64,000 nucleotides of DNA from Oligoflexia bacterium (GTDB taxonomy: Bacteria > Bdellovibrionota > UBA1018 > CAIMNF01). The notes below the pieces were generated by a model, which ran no database searches, had not been told where the DNA came from, and worked only from the letters and a program-made list of their open reading frames with translations. The translations under genes and the position numbers were made by a program. The first letter of the stretch is position 1. Every line of letters starts with the position of its first letter. Of this stretch, positions 50,474 through 59,267 are shown one piece after another. The stretch is taken from contig CAIKYX010000103.1 of the NCBI GenBank assembly GCA_903831745.1, positions 2,668 through 66,667 of the forward strand, read 5' to 3'.

Positions 50474-51580
50474 ATGAAGTACTGGATTTTGATTGGAACA
50501 ATCGCAACTCTGGCCACTCCCCTTCACACCGCCTTCGCTGCTGAGGCCTGCCTGAAAAACAGAGAAGAAGCACAAAAGATCATCGAAGGCATGTCGACGA
50601 TCGTGCCGCTTCCGGGCGACGACACCGACCTAAATAAAATTCCCCTGAAAAAAATTGCACAGGATGATCCGAAGGCCCGTCAACCCAAGATCACCAAAAG
50701 GCTGGCCGACGACGCAGAAAAACGAGGCTGCGAGTATTCGGATCATGGCTCTTTTCAAACTTTGGGCGAGACGCTCGATTCGATGGTGAATCATTTTTTT
50801 AAGAAGCCCGAAGAAACAGCGGAAGAGAAGAAGAACAAAGAGCTGTTCACTTCTGACTTTAAGATGGCGATCATTCCTGCCACGGGCGTGAATCTTTTTT
50901 ACCTCGACATGGATGAAGACAATTACTTTGTGTTTCATGTCTGCGGCAAAGACGATAAGGACTACACCCGCTCTCGTGTCGATCTCGGAAAGAACTGCAA
51001 AACTTTATTGAACGAAGGCTTCAGCCTTCCAGTCGATCAAGTACTGGATGGAATCAGCAGCTTTAAACACATCATGAAAGTCGCCTTAAAATCGCTCGGC
51101 CAAACCACGGTTTCAGTGACGTCGACTTTAAGCCTTGGAATTCTTTCGCCAGCGGCCTCTGGAATTTCGAATTATATCGAGCAGGATTCGATGACCCGGA
51201 TCAAAAATGACTTTGCCGCCTTCAACGTCATCAAGCAGGCCATCATTCTAGCCGGTACCCAAATGCAAGACCGCATCGACGAAAAGGCACGGATTGAAGC
51301 AGACCCCACCCATCAAACCGTAGCCTCTGACGATAGCGACAGCATTTTAGTCGCCCCGATCGCAAAATCTTTTGATGACTTAAATCAGGCACTGGCTGAC
51401 GTACTGACTGGAATGGTAAAAATCGACCTTAATGAACACGTCAAGCGGGCCAAAAAATGCCCAGGCAATCCAAGCCATGAGAGTTTGCCAGGATTAAAGA
51501 TTCGCCGAAAGGTTTACGCGTTTCATAATCAGAGTTACAAGCTCAGCCTAAAGGGTTCCACTGGCACACCTGATAAATGA
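50474..51580 (+). CDS. secreted hypothetical protein
   Basis: 368 aa with signal peptide IATLATPLHTAFA. No family recognised. Confidence 0.55.
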   Translation: MKYWILIGTIATLATPLHTAFAAEACLKNREEAQKIIEGMSTIVPLPGDDTDLNKIPLKKIAQDDPKARQPKITKRLADDAEKRGCEYSDHGSFQTLGETLDSMVNHFFKKPEETAEEKKNKELFTSDFKMAIIPATGVNLFYLDMDEDNYFVFHVCGKDDKDYTRSRVDLGKNCKTLLNEGFSLPVDQVLDGISSFKHIMKVALKSLGQTTVSVTSTLSLGILSPAASGISNYIEQDSMTRIKNDFAAFNVIKQAIILAGTQMQDRIDEKARIEADPTHQTVASDDSDSILVAPIAKSFDDLNQALADVLTGMVKIDLNEHVKRAKKCPGNPSHESLPGLKIRRKVYAFHNQSYKLSLKGSTGTPDK

Positions 51581-51608
51581 CAAAAACCTCGCTCAGGAGC
51601 TTCCGAAG

Positions 51609-52889
51609 CTAAGGATTCTTCAAGAGCGAATGAAGCGTGGCCGCGTTTCCATCGATCTGTCCCATTGGCTTAAGCTTCAGTAACTCCATTAAAAACGGAT
51701 AGACATCGATATTCTTGAATGACTTGATTTTCTTCGGAAGAATATCAGGCCCTTTTGCATAAAACGTCGCATTCATCTCGGGGTAGCGCTTCGGATCGTA
51801 ACCATGGGTTGCAACCGGAGGATGATAGCGCGGATCATGAATTCCAACCGAATACGGCAGGTCTGCGCTGATCAGTACATCGCCTGCACGGGGGTTTTTT
51901 GCCAAATGATATTCTGCTGGAATATCGGCACGGCGAAACACCCGATAATGCTTGGCGTGTTTCTTAAGCGCTTGGTACACCTCGTCTAACTGAGCTTTCT
52001 GTTCGGGTGAATTGCCTTTGGCGTACACCACCAACTGAGGGCCTGTATCCCCCACTAGAACATTCTTAAAAGTGACCAAATCATCCAAATAAAGAATTTT
52101 TTTCGGATCGAGTTTAGCCATTCCGTGATCAGAAACGATGACAAGATCGACAGGTAATTTTAATGCCTCGACACCCGCTTGCAGCCTGCCAATCTGAATA
52201 TCAATATTCTTCACTGCTTCTTTTACTTCTTTTGAATCAGGGCCATGCTCATGCCCTGCCGAATCGACATCAGAAAAATAAAGCGTAATCAAATGAGGGC
52301 GCTTTTCTTCAGGAAGCTTCAACCAATCCAGTACCCCATCGACACGACTTTGATTCGTCACGTTCTTATCGTACGTCTTAAAATAGGCAGGTCGAACACC
52401 ACCGATCTCAGCTTCGCTTCCCGGCCAAAAATAACAAGCTGTTCTCATTCCTTCTTTTTCTGCCGTCACCCAAAGCGGGTCAGCTTGATACCAGGTACCA
52501 TCCTGCACTGCTTTTGGATTAGACAAAGTGTAGAGCGTTTTTTCTGCCGGACGAGAAAGGTCATAAAAATAATTCGCGACGATTCCGTGATTCTCAGCAT
52601 AACGACCGGTAATGATGCTGAGGTGATTCGGAAATGTTTTTGATGGAAAAACCGGAATCATGCTTTCTGCCGAGGCTCCGATATTCTTAAAAGCAGTAAG
52701 ATTTGGCGGTGAAAACTTTCGGGTATAATCCGGACGGTAACCATCGATCGAAACGAGAATGACATAAGGTTTTTTGAGCGTTTCGGCAGAGTTTGTTGAA
52801 TTGACCGAAGTCGCCTGAGGCTTGAGGCTCGATGTAGAACACGCACCCAATGAAAGCAGCACTACCAACGAGAGAAAGAGGTTTTTCAT
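51609..52889 (-). CDS. nucleotide pyrophosphatase/phosphodiesterase (NPP, alkaline phosphatase superfamily) lipoprotein
   Basis: Lipobox LLSLGAC, with VSIDGYRPDY, SKTFPNHLSIITG and VIVSDHGM. Start moved to ATG 52889 because the ORF-track extension runs into a REP-like element. Confidence 0.8.
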   Translation of the reverse strand: MKNLFLSLVVLLSLGACSTSSLKPQATSVNSTNSAETLKKPYVILVSIDGYRPDYTRKFSPPNLTAFKNIGASAESMIPVFPSKTFPNHLSIITGRYAENHGIVANYFYDLSRPAEKTLYTLSNPKAVQDGTWYQADPLWVTAEKEGMRTACYFWPGSEAEIGGVRPAYFKTYDKNVTNQSRVDGVLDWLKLPEEKRPHLITLYFSDVDSAGHEHGPDSKEVKEAVKNIDIQIGRLQAGVEALKLPVDLVIVSDHGMAKLDPKKILYLDDLVTFKNVLVGDTGPQLVVYAKGNSPEQKAQLDEVYQALKKHAKHYRVFRRADIPAEYHLAKNPRAGDVLISADLPYSVGIHDPRYHPPVATHGYDPKRYPEMNATFYAKGPDILPKKIKSFKNIDVYPFLMELLKLKPMGQIDGNAATLHSLLKNP

Positions 52890-52937
52890 AGCCCCATAGT
52901 GCGGGCGCTTGGAAATTACGTCAAGAACATGAATAAG

Positions 52938-52975
52938 GCTGCCACAAAGTGGCTTTGCCACTTGTAGGCAGCTGG
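52938..52975 (-). repeat. full-length intergenic palindromic (REP-like) element
   Basis: GCTGCCACAAAGTGGCTTTGCCACTTGTAGGCAGCTGG. Its reverse complement matches 59713..59750 with 3 mismatches. Confidence 0.7.
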
Positions 52976-52986
52976 AATAAACGAAT

Positions 52987-53047
52987 CAGGCACAAGGGTA
53001 AGCTCATTTCAGCACAGCAGGTGGCAGAGCCACACTGCCTGTGCCTT
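52987..53047. repeat. second nested hairpin carrying a related core, GTGGCAGAGCCAC
   Basis: The outer stem AGGCACA/TGTGCCT encloses GCAGGTGGCAGAGCCACACTGC. The core differs by 1 nt from GTGGCAAAGCCAC in the REP-like element. Confidence 0.45.
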
Positions 53048-53057
53048 ATACTTATGC

Positions 53058-53089
53058 AAAAGCCCCCGAGGCATAACCTACAGGGGCTT
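53058..53089 (-). terminator. hairpin terminator downstream of 53114..54802
   Basis: The minus strand reads AAGCCCC-16 nt-GGGGCTT followed by TTGCAT. The U-tract is short. Confidence 0.4.
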
Positions 53090-53113
53090 GATCATTTAAA
53101 ATTTTAATTCGAA

Positions 53114-54802
53114 TTAGTTAGTAACGACTTTGTTCACCACTTTTGGGGTGTACATCGCATTCAGAGTTCCGATGGTCAGAACGCTCGTTCCGGTCCAAAG
53201 CTCGTTTCCTCTGTATCCTGCACTGTAGGCCGGTAAAGGATCAACCACTGTCCACGTTTTGGTGGCAATATCATAGATACCAGCACTGTTGGTCGCATCA
53301 CCGAGCGCGCCCCAAACCATTACCTCATTGCCACCCTTCCATACTGCAAGAGCAGTGACGTCGAGCGCAGGAGTACCTGCAGGTCCTTTTTCGATAGCAG
53401 TCCAAGTATTCGTTTCGAGATCCAATACCGCTCCACAAGTTTTTGCGGCCGGACTAGCAGCATCATCAGAACCTTTTGGATTTCCACCTGTAGCGTCAGC
53501 AGGAGCATCGAGATTACTCAAGCCGCCCCAGAACAATACCTTATTGCCGAGTGCAGCAATAGTCATGTCAGAAGCTGCAGGAGCCTTCTCCAATGAAACA
53601 GTGGTCCAAGTAGATTTAGCATCTGCCAAATCAAGGAATGCACCGTAAGGTTTTGTGTGATCCGCTTGCGCTAATCCCCACACCAATACTTTTGATCCAA
53701 CTGCAGTCACCGTGAGTGCATCCATCAAAGGAAGGCTTTTTACATTCAGTTCAGCCCAAGCACCTGTGCCATCAGCTTTCACTTCGTAAACACCGCCACT
53801 CATATTCTTAATTTTCTCATCGCTCGGCTGGCCGACGACGACTAATTTTTTTGCACCGTTAGCAGTGACCATTGCAACATCATAAATCGCTGGAACCAAA
53901 GCACCTTGCGGAGCCGGAATAGGCTTCCATGATTTTGTTTTGGTGTTATAAATTCCGCCATCCAAAAGAATGGTTGAATTCTTAACAGAATTTCCGCCAT
54001 AAACCACCATTCCGATGTCCGAGCCCGCCCAGAAGGCGTAGTGCTTAGATCGTGCAGCCGGAGTCGCTCCATCCACAGCGATTGGATCAATCTTGCCAGT
54101 TTTTGGATTGTAACAAATACCAGTATTCAACTCGACGTCATTCAGAGTTCCACCCCAAATCAGGGCTACGTCGTCTTTATCGTTCCAAACTGCAGAGTTT
54201 TCACTTGCAGTGAGTTCGGTCGCTCCATTTGCGCTTGCATCAAGAGTCTTCCATCCCGAAGCAACTGGGGCTTTAACCGTAGTGGTTACCTTAATAGAGG
54301 CTTTTACCCCTTTTGAATCCGTTACCGATACTTCTTCAGTACCCGCCACAGCCGGGGCGTTATAAGTGATCGCTCGGTCCTTGATGGTAATCACGGTCTT
54401 GATCGCCGAAGCACCCAGCGTAAATGGCGCCGTGCCATTATTCACAGTCAGAGTCAGTTGTTTACCCGCTTCAACGCTTAATGAAGGTGCGCTGATGGAA
54501 AGCTTTTTATCATCCTTACCGTGAGGAGTGACATCTGCTCCAGTGCCTGTTGCAGAGTTAGTTCCGGTGCCGGCTTTAGAATCAGTTGTGGTAGAAGCAC
54601 CCGTGCCAGTGCCGCTGCCCGTTCCAGTATTAGTGCCGGTATTTGATCCGGTGCTCGCACTGGTTCCGGTAGCTGTGGCGCTACTCGTATCCGCGGTCGA
54701 GGCGTTGCCGCCTCCTTTTACTTTGGGTTTAATCTGCTGACACGCAGTCAGAGACACAAAAAGAACGATCGAAAGAAGCTTGGTAAATTGAGAAATTTTC
54801 AT
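53114..54802 (-). CDS. lipoprotein with T/G/S-rich linker, Ig-like domain and Kelch-like beta-propeller repeats
   Basis: Lipobox VSLTAC and a TGTGS low-complexity stretch. Recurrent blade motifs ALIWGG, MVVYGG, VLVWG, VLFWGG and VMVWGA. Confidence 0.6.
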   Translation of the reverse strand: MKISQFTKLLSIVLFVSLTACQQIKPKVKGGGNASTADTSSATATGTSASTGSNTGTNTGTGSGTGTGASTTTDSKAGTGTNSATGTGADVTPHGKDDKKLSISAPSLSVEAGKQLTLTVNNGTAPFTLGASAIKTVITIKDRAITYNAPAVAGTEEVSVTDSKGVKASIKVTTTVKAPVASGWKTLDASANGATELTASENSAVWNDKDDVALIWGGTLNDVELNTGICYNPKTGKIDPIAVDGATPAARSKHYAFWAGSDIGMVVYGGNSVKNSTILLDGGIYNTKTKSWKPIPAPQGALVPAIYDVAMVTANGAKKLVVVGQPSDEKIKNMSGGVYEVKADGTGAWAELNVKSLPLMDALTVTAVGSKVLVWGLAQADHTKPYGAFLDLADAKSTWTTVSLEKAPAASDMTIAALGNKVLFWGGLSNLDAPADATGGNPKGSDDAASPAAKTCGAVLDLETNTWTAIEKGPAGTPALDVTALAVWKGGNEVMVWGALGDATNSAGIYDIATKTWTVVDPLPAYSAGYRGNELWTGTSVLTIGTLNAMYTPKVVNKVVTN

Positions 54803-54812
54803 AATCGCGGAA

Positions 54813-54841
54813 ACTATACCATAACATTCGGGTATTGTAAA
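54813..54841 (-). promoter_or_regulatory. near-consensus sigma-70 promoter, TTTACA-N17-TATAGT, placed for a leaderless or very short-leader mRNA
   Basis: Read on the minus strand. The -10 ends 10 nt before ATG 54802, and the gap (TTCCGCGATT) has no SD. Confidence 0.5.
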
Positions 54842-54910
54842 TAACGATTATGTAATTATTTCAGTGAAAGTCTTTTTTTCAGTCAACTAAACCAATTGAA
54901 CCCGCACACC

Positions 54911-54937
54911 GAGAGGGTGGAGAGGGTGGAGAGGGTG
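54911..54937. repeat. perfect 3x tandem 9-mer GAGAGGGTG
   Basis: Direct reading: gagagggtg gagagggtg gagagggtg. Confidence 0.9.
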
Positions 54938-54972
54938 TCGGACACTTATTTAATATCTAAGTTGTCGGACAC
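54935..54972. promoter_or_regulatory. two copies of an 11-bp palindrome (GTGTC-G-GACAC, tTGTC-G-GACAC) 27 bp apart; candidate transcription-factor site
   Basis: Copies at 54935-54945 and 54962-54972, separated by AT-rich sequence. They lie between the clpX stop and the promoter of the Kelch-like lipoprotein gene. Confidence 0.35.
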
Positions 54973-54981
54973 CTGTTGGCT

Positions 54982-56271
54982 TTAGGCCGTTTCGCGCTTT
55001 TCACCATGCACCAATAGCGGCTTTTCGCCCTTTTGGATGGTGTCTTTGGTCACGACGCACTTCTTCACCGTGCTATCGCCCGGCAAATCGTACATCACAT
55101 CGAGCATCGCTTGCTCGACAATGGCACGAAGTCCTCGCGCTCCGGTATGCCGCTTGATCGCTTCTTTTGCGATTGCCTGAAGTGCATCGGGTTCGAACTC
55201 GAGAGTTACCCCGTCGAACTCGAGCAACTTCGCATACTGCTTTGTCAGCGCGTTCTTAGGTTCGGTCAAAATGTTTACCAGTGTCTCTTCATCGAGCTCG
55301 CCCAGAGTCGCAATGACCGGCACGCGTCCGATAAACTCTGGAATCATCCCGAATTTAACCAGATCTTCCGGCTCGGCTGCAGCAAACAGTTTCGAAAGAG
55401 ACATGTCTTCTTTAGTCGTGATGTTCGCACTGATTCCGAGACTGCGTTTGCCGCCGCGTTGGGCAACAATCTTCTCGAGACCGACAAACGCCCCACCCAC
55501 GATAAAGAGGATGTTACGGGTATCGACTTGAATGAATTCCTGCTGAGGATGCTTACGTCCGCCTTTCGGTGGAATATTCGCAACCGTTCCTTCCATCAAC
55601 TTAAGAAGTGCCTGCTGAACACCTTCACCGCTCACATCGCGGGTAATCGAAGGATTCTCGCTCTTACGTGAAATCTTATCAATCTCGTCGATATAGATGA
55701 TTCCGCGCTGGGCTTTCTCTACGTTGTTTTCAGCGTTCTGTAACAAATTCAAAATGATGTTCTCGACATCTTCACCGACATAACCCGCTTCGGTCAGCGT
55801 GGTCGCATCTGCGATCGCGAATGGAACATTCAGAATGCGGGCGAGCGATTCGGCAAGCAAGGTCTTGCCCGATCCGGTAGGACCAACGAGCAAAATATTA
55901 CTCTTCGAAAGCTCAACCGCGGTCTTGTCGCCTTTTTTGGCAGACTGATGATTGATCCGTTTGTAATGATTATAAACTGCAACCGAAAGGATTCGCTTGG
56001 CGCGTTCCTGCCCGATCACGTATTCGTCCAAAAATGCCTTGATTTCGGCTGGTTTCGGAAGACCGCCTGAAGGGCCAGCACCTGCTGCTGCCGCACCTCC
56101 GACCGCTTTTTGCCCCTCTTCACGAATGATATCGTTACAGAGATCGATACATTCGTCGCAAATGTATACGCTTGGTCCGGCGATCAGTTTCTTCACTTCA
56201 CGCTGACTTTTTCCACAGAAAGAACAAGTCAGGTTTCCAAAGCTATTTCCGTATTTTGGAGTATCCATCAC
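54982..56271 (-). CDS. clpX: ATP-dependent Clp protease ATP-binding subunit ClpX
   Basis: N-terminal zinc finger CSFCGK...CDEC and Walker [16 protein letters not shown]. Confidence 0.95.
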   Translation of the reverse strand: MMDTPKYGNSFGNLTCSFCGKSQREVKKLIAGPSVYICDECIDLCNDIIREEGQKAVGGAAAAGAGPSGGLPKPAEIKAFLDEYVIGQERAKRILSVAVYNHYKRINHQSAKKGDKTAVELSKSNILLVGPTGSGKTLLAESLARILNVPFAIADATTLTEAGYVGEDVENIILNLLQNAENNVEKAQRGIIYIDEIDKISRKSENPSITRDVSGEGVQQALLKLMEGTVANIPPKGGRKHPQQEFIQVDTRNILFIVGGAFVGLEKIVAQRGGKRSLGISANITTKEDMSLSKLFAAAEPEDLVKFGMIPEFIGRVPVIATLGELDEETLVNILTEPKNALTKQYAKLLEFDGVTLEFEPDALQAIAKEAIKRHTGARGLRAIVEQAMLDVMYDLPGDSTVKKCVVTKDTIQKGEKPLLVHGEKRETA

Positions 56272-56274
56272 TGA

Positions 56275-56940
56275 TCAGCCTCCCCTTTTTTCTACAACTT
56301 TATCGATGAGGCCATAAGCAGCTGCATCAGCGGCAGAAAGATAATTGTCACGATCCGTATCGAGCTCGATCTGTTCGATCGGCTTTCCGGTGTGACGGGC
56401 GAGCGATTCATTCAATCTCTTTTTGAGATAGAGGATCTCGCGTGCTTGAATCTCGATATCAGAGGCTTGTCCGCGGGCGCCTCCCAAAGGTTGATGAATC
56501 ATGATGCGGGCACTCGGAAGGCTGTAACGCTTTCCTTTAACGCCGGCAGAAAGCAAAAATGCTCCCATGCTGGCCGCCATGCCGATGCAATAAGTTGCAA
56601 CGTCGCATTGGATGAAATTCATGATGTCGTAAATTCCGAGGCCGGCATAAACCGAACCGCCCGGAGAATTGATATAGAAATGAATGTCCTTATCCGGATC
56701 TGTCGATTCGAGAAAAAACATTTGTGCGATCAAGAGATTCGCAACCATGTCATTCACTTCCGTGCCCAGAAAAATAATACGGTCGATGAGCAATCGAGAA
56801 TAAATGTCGTACTGTCGCTCGCCGCGTGCGGTTTGCTCGACTACGATCGGATTCGGTACATAGTTTTTAACATCAAAACCTACGAGATCGGGTTGGATCA
56901 AATCTGATGGAACTTTTGGACGCCCAATGTGGATAAACAT
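56275..56940 (-). CDS. clpP: ATP-dependent Clp protease proteolytic subunit
   Basis: Motifs [19 protein letters not shown] and catalytic Ser [11 protein letters not shown], plus HQPLGG. Confidence 0.95.
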   Translation of the reverse strand: MFIHIGRPKVPSDLIQPDLVGFDVKNYVPNPIVVEQTARGERQYDIYSRLLIDRIIFLGTEVNDMVANLLIAQMFFLESTDPDKDIHFYINSPGGSVYAGLGIYDIMNFIQCDVATYCIGMAASMGAFLLSAGVKGKRYSLPSARIMIHQPLGGARGQASDIEIQAREILYLKKRLNESLARHTGKPIEQIELDTDRDNYLSAADAAAYGLIDKVVEKRGG

Positions 56941-57050
56941 GCGTTTGATTATCTCCTTAAGGTTGCTTTTAGCTTACACAGCCGCTATTTAACACACCTA
57001 TCGGATAGTTTACCCTATTGTTTGAACGAAGGCTGAATAAATGTTTAAAT

Positions 57051-57296
57051 TTAATGCTTACTTTGACCCAGCGTCATTTCTTCGTTGAGGGATTCAACGT
57101 AATTCATTAAGACTTTGCGGAGTTGGTCCAATGTCAGATTGTTGACACTGTCGCTTGAAGTCCCGAGCAGGTCACAAAGCTCGGAATCAATTACCTCTTC
57201 TGGCATACCGGTGAGCTGCACTACCTTCTGTAGCACTTCAGCACCCTCAGGGGTTCCGTCTTTTGCGCGCGAAGCGATGCCCTTCACTTTTTTCAT
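57051..57296 (-). CDS. small hypothetical protein
   Basis: 81-aa acidic ORF upstream of clpP. No family recognised. Confidence 0.4.
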   Translation of the reverse strand: MKKVKGIASRAKDGTPEGAEVLQKVVQLTGMPEEVIDSELCDLLGTSSDSVNNLTLDQLRKVLMNYVESLNEEMTLGQSKH

Positions 57297-57415
57297 ACTT
57301 CCTCCATGATTTTTGGCGCCCGCCTATCAATGGCAGACTTTTGTCTCAGCCAGTCTCCCGTCCGAATTATGAGATTGCAACTGAAAACTTCGCTAAAATT
57401 TGGTTCAATAGAAGG

Positions 57416-57904
57416 ATGACAGCTCCAAATAAAAGTCCAGCCGACTCGACTGTAATCATGACCGAACTGGTTTTACCCCAGCACACCAACGCCTTGGGTA
57501 CCATCTTTGGGGGCGTCGTGATGTCCTGGGTCGACATCGCCGCTGCGATTGCAGCCGGCAAACATTGCCAAACTGCTACAGTTACCGCTTCGATCGATGC
57601 GCTCTCCTTTGTGGCACCGATCCGCCTAGGGCATGTGGTCGAATTAAAAGCCTGCGTGAATGCAGTAGGAAGAACTTCGATGGAAATCGGCGTACGGGTC
57701 GATTCGAGCAATCTGATTACCGGCGAGAAATTTCACAACGTCAGCGCCTACCTGACATTCGTCGCCATTGGGGTCGACGGCAAACCGCAACCGGTTCCAG
57801 GCCTGACACCCAAGACCGAGGCCGAAAAGCGGCGCAATCTGGCAGCACAGAAGAGACGACAATCCCGAATAGAATTGGCCAAGGCGATCAAAGGCGAGAG
57901 CTAA
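57416..57904 (+). CDS. acyl-CoA thioesterase (hotdog fold, YciA-like)
   Basis: Motif LVLPQHTNALGTIFGGVVMSWVD. Start set at ATG 57416. Confidence 0.8.
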   Translation: MTAPNKSPADSTVIMTELVLPQHTNALGTIFGGVVMSWVDIAAAIAAGKHCQTATVTASIDALSFVAPIRLGHVVELKACVNAVGRTSMEIGVRVDSSNLITGEKFHNVSAYLTFVAIGVDGKPQPVPGLTPKTEAEKRRNLAAQKRRQSRIELAKAIKGES

Positions 57905-57908
57905 AACC

Positions 57909-59267
57909 ATGGCATCCCAAAATCGTTATCGAATCAGCAAGGACTACAGCGAAATACTGAAGAACTTCAAGCAGGCAGAAACCCAAGCCGGCGTGTTTAT
58001 CTGGTATCATCTGGGCGAAGAGCGGATGCAACAGACCGCACGAATCACCAAGGTCGATTCAATCGCTAAAAAAATCCAGCTCAAAGCGGATGGGCGAAAA
58101 CCCACCTTGAAAGCCAATGAATATTGCTACATCAAACTCGCAGCTCGCGATGCAGTTTCGAAAGCGAGGGTGCTGGCCAATTCCGAGCTCGGACTCACAC
58201 TCGAGTTTCCGCCCGACATGATTTTTAACGAAAATCGCTCGCAAAAAAGATATACTTTCAGACCCACAGACGAGAAGTTCGTCATTCTGCAACGGGCCCA
58301 ACTGGGCTCGCAGCACACCCTCGAAAAGCCCGTACGCCTTGAAGTGATGAACATCAGCAAAACCGGCTTTGCCCTACATATAAATACAGCCGTGGGCAAA
58401 CAGTTTTCATTACACGACAAACTGGTCATTTCTACCTTGAACGACCTTAAACTCACAACGCCGATCAGCGGCCGCATCATTCACTGCCAGGAACACGATC
58501 GCAAAGGAAATTTCGGCAACGAAAAAGGTCTTAAGATCGGCGTCATGCTCTTTGAACCGATACCGGATCAGATCTTCGAACAATACATCCACAACGACCG
58601 ACCGATTGCGCTCGATAACGAACGATTCTTCAAGGATCGAATCTTTCGCGATTCAGTGCACCTGAACATGAGCAGCACTGCCCGCAGACTAGGCCAAAAT
58701 GCCACGATCGCAAACGCATTCAAGAAACTGAGTGTTAAGCGAGACGGCAACACCTACTTAAAAAACCACATCGAACTTCTTTGCGAGGTTACCTGCGAAA
58801 TCGGTCGCGCACTCGGTTGGATCACTGAACCCAATATCGAAAAACTGATTTACGTTTCTTACCTTCACGACATTCATTATTTTGATCGCCCTTACCTCGC
58901 CCGAATCAGTAGCCCGAGAGAACTCGAACTGCGTCGCTCGGAATTAACCGAAGAAGATGTAAAAATATTTTTCGAAGGGCCGGTGTATGCAGCCGAAATA
59001 GCCAAAGACGATGATCGCGCTGCTCCTGATACTCACAAGATTCTGATTCAACACCGCGAGCTTCCGGACGGCAAAGGGTTTCCGGCAGGACTAAAACCCA
59101 GCCAGATGATTCCGCTCTCGTGCCTATTTGTCATTTGCCACGAGTTCGTCGATTACGTGATCGAAACTCCGGACTGGACGTACAAAGAGTTTCTGAGAAA
59201 CACCGAGAACACCTATAAAGGAATGTATTTTAAAAAGATTCTTCAGGTGTTTGAAAGACTGGCGTAA
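57909..59267 (+). CDS. PilZ-domain protein fused to a degenerate HD-GYP domain
   Basis: PilZ motifs RSQKR (RxxxR) and NISKTG ((D/N)xSxxG). The C-terminal HD domain has LHDIHYF and QHRELPDGKGFPAGL, versus the HHExxDGxGYPxGL consensus. Confidence 0.7.
   Translation: MASQNRYRISKDYSEILKNFKQAETQAGVFIWYHLGEERMQQTARITKVDSIAKKIQLKADGRKPTLKANEYCYIKLAARDAVSKARVLANSELGLTLEFPPDMIFNENRSQKRYTFRPTDEKFVILQRAQLGSQHTLEKPVRLEVMNISKTGFALHINTAVGKQFSLHDKLVISTLNDLKLTTPISGRIIHCQEHDRKGNFGNEKGLKIGVMLFEPIPDQIFEQYIHNDRPIALDNERFFKDRIFRDSVHLNMSSTARRLGQNATIANAFKKLSVKRDGNTYLKNHIELLCEVTCEIGRALGWITEPNIEKLIYVSYLHDIHYFDRPYLARISSPRELELRRSELTEEDVKIFFEGPVYAAEIAKDDDRAAPDTHKILIQHRELPDGKGFPAGLKPSQMIPLSCLFVICHEFVDYVIETPDWTYKEFLRNTENTYKGMYFKKILQVFERLA

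Noticed and set aside
50334-50573. A 79-aa minus-strand ORF spanning the start of gene 50474.
   Set aside because: It overlaps the signal-peptide region of a better-supported plus-strand gene, has no SD, and has an implausible composition.
51609-52961. N-terminal 24-aa extension of the NPP gene as given in the ORF track.
   Set aside because: The extension starts inside the REP-like palindrome and precedes a canonical lipoprotein signal peptide (MKNLFLSLVVLLSLGAC). ATG 52889 is the more credible start.
54911-54937. Possible CRISPR-like or minisatellite array.
   Set aside because: There are only three abutting 9-nt units without spacers, and no cas genes in the window. It is a simple tandem repeat.
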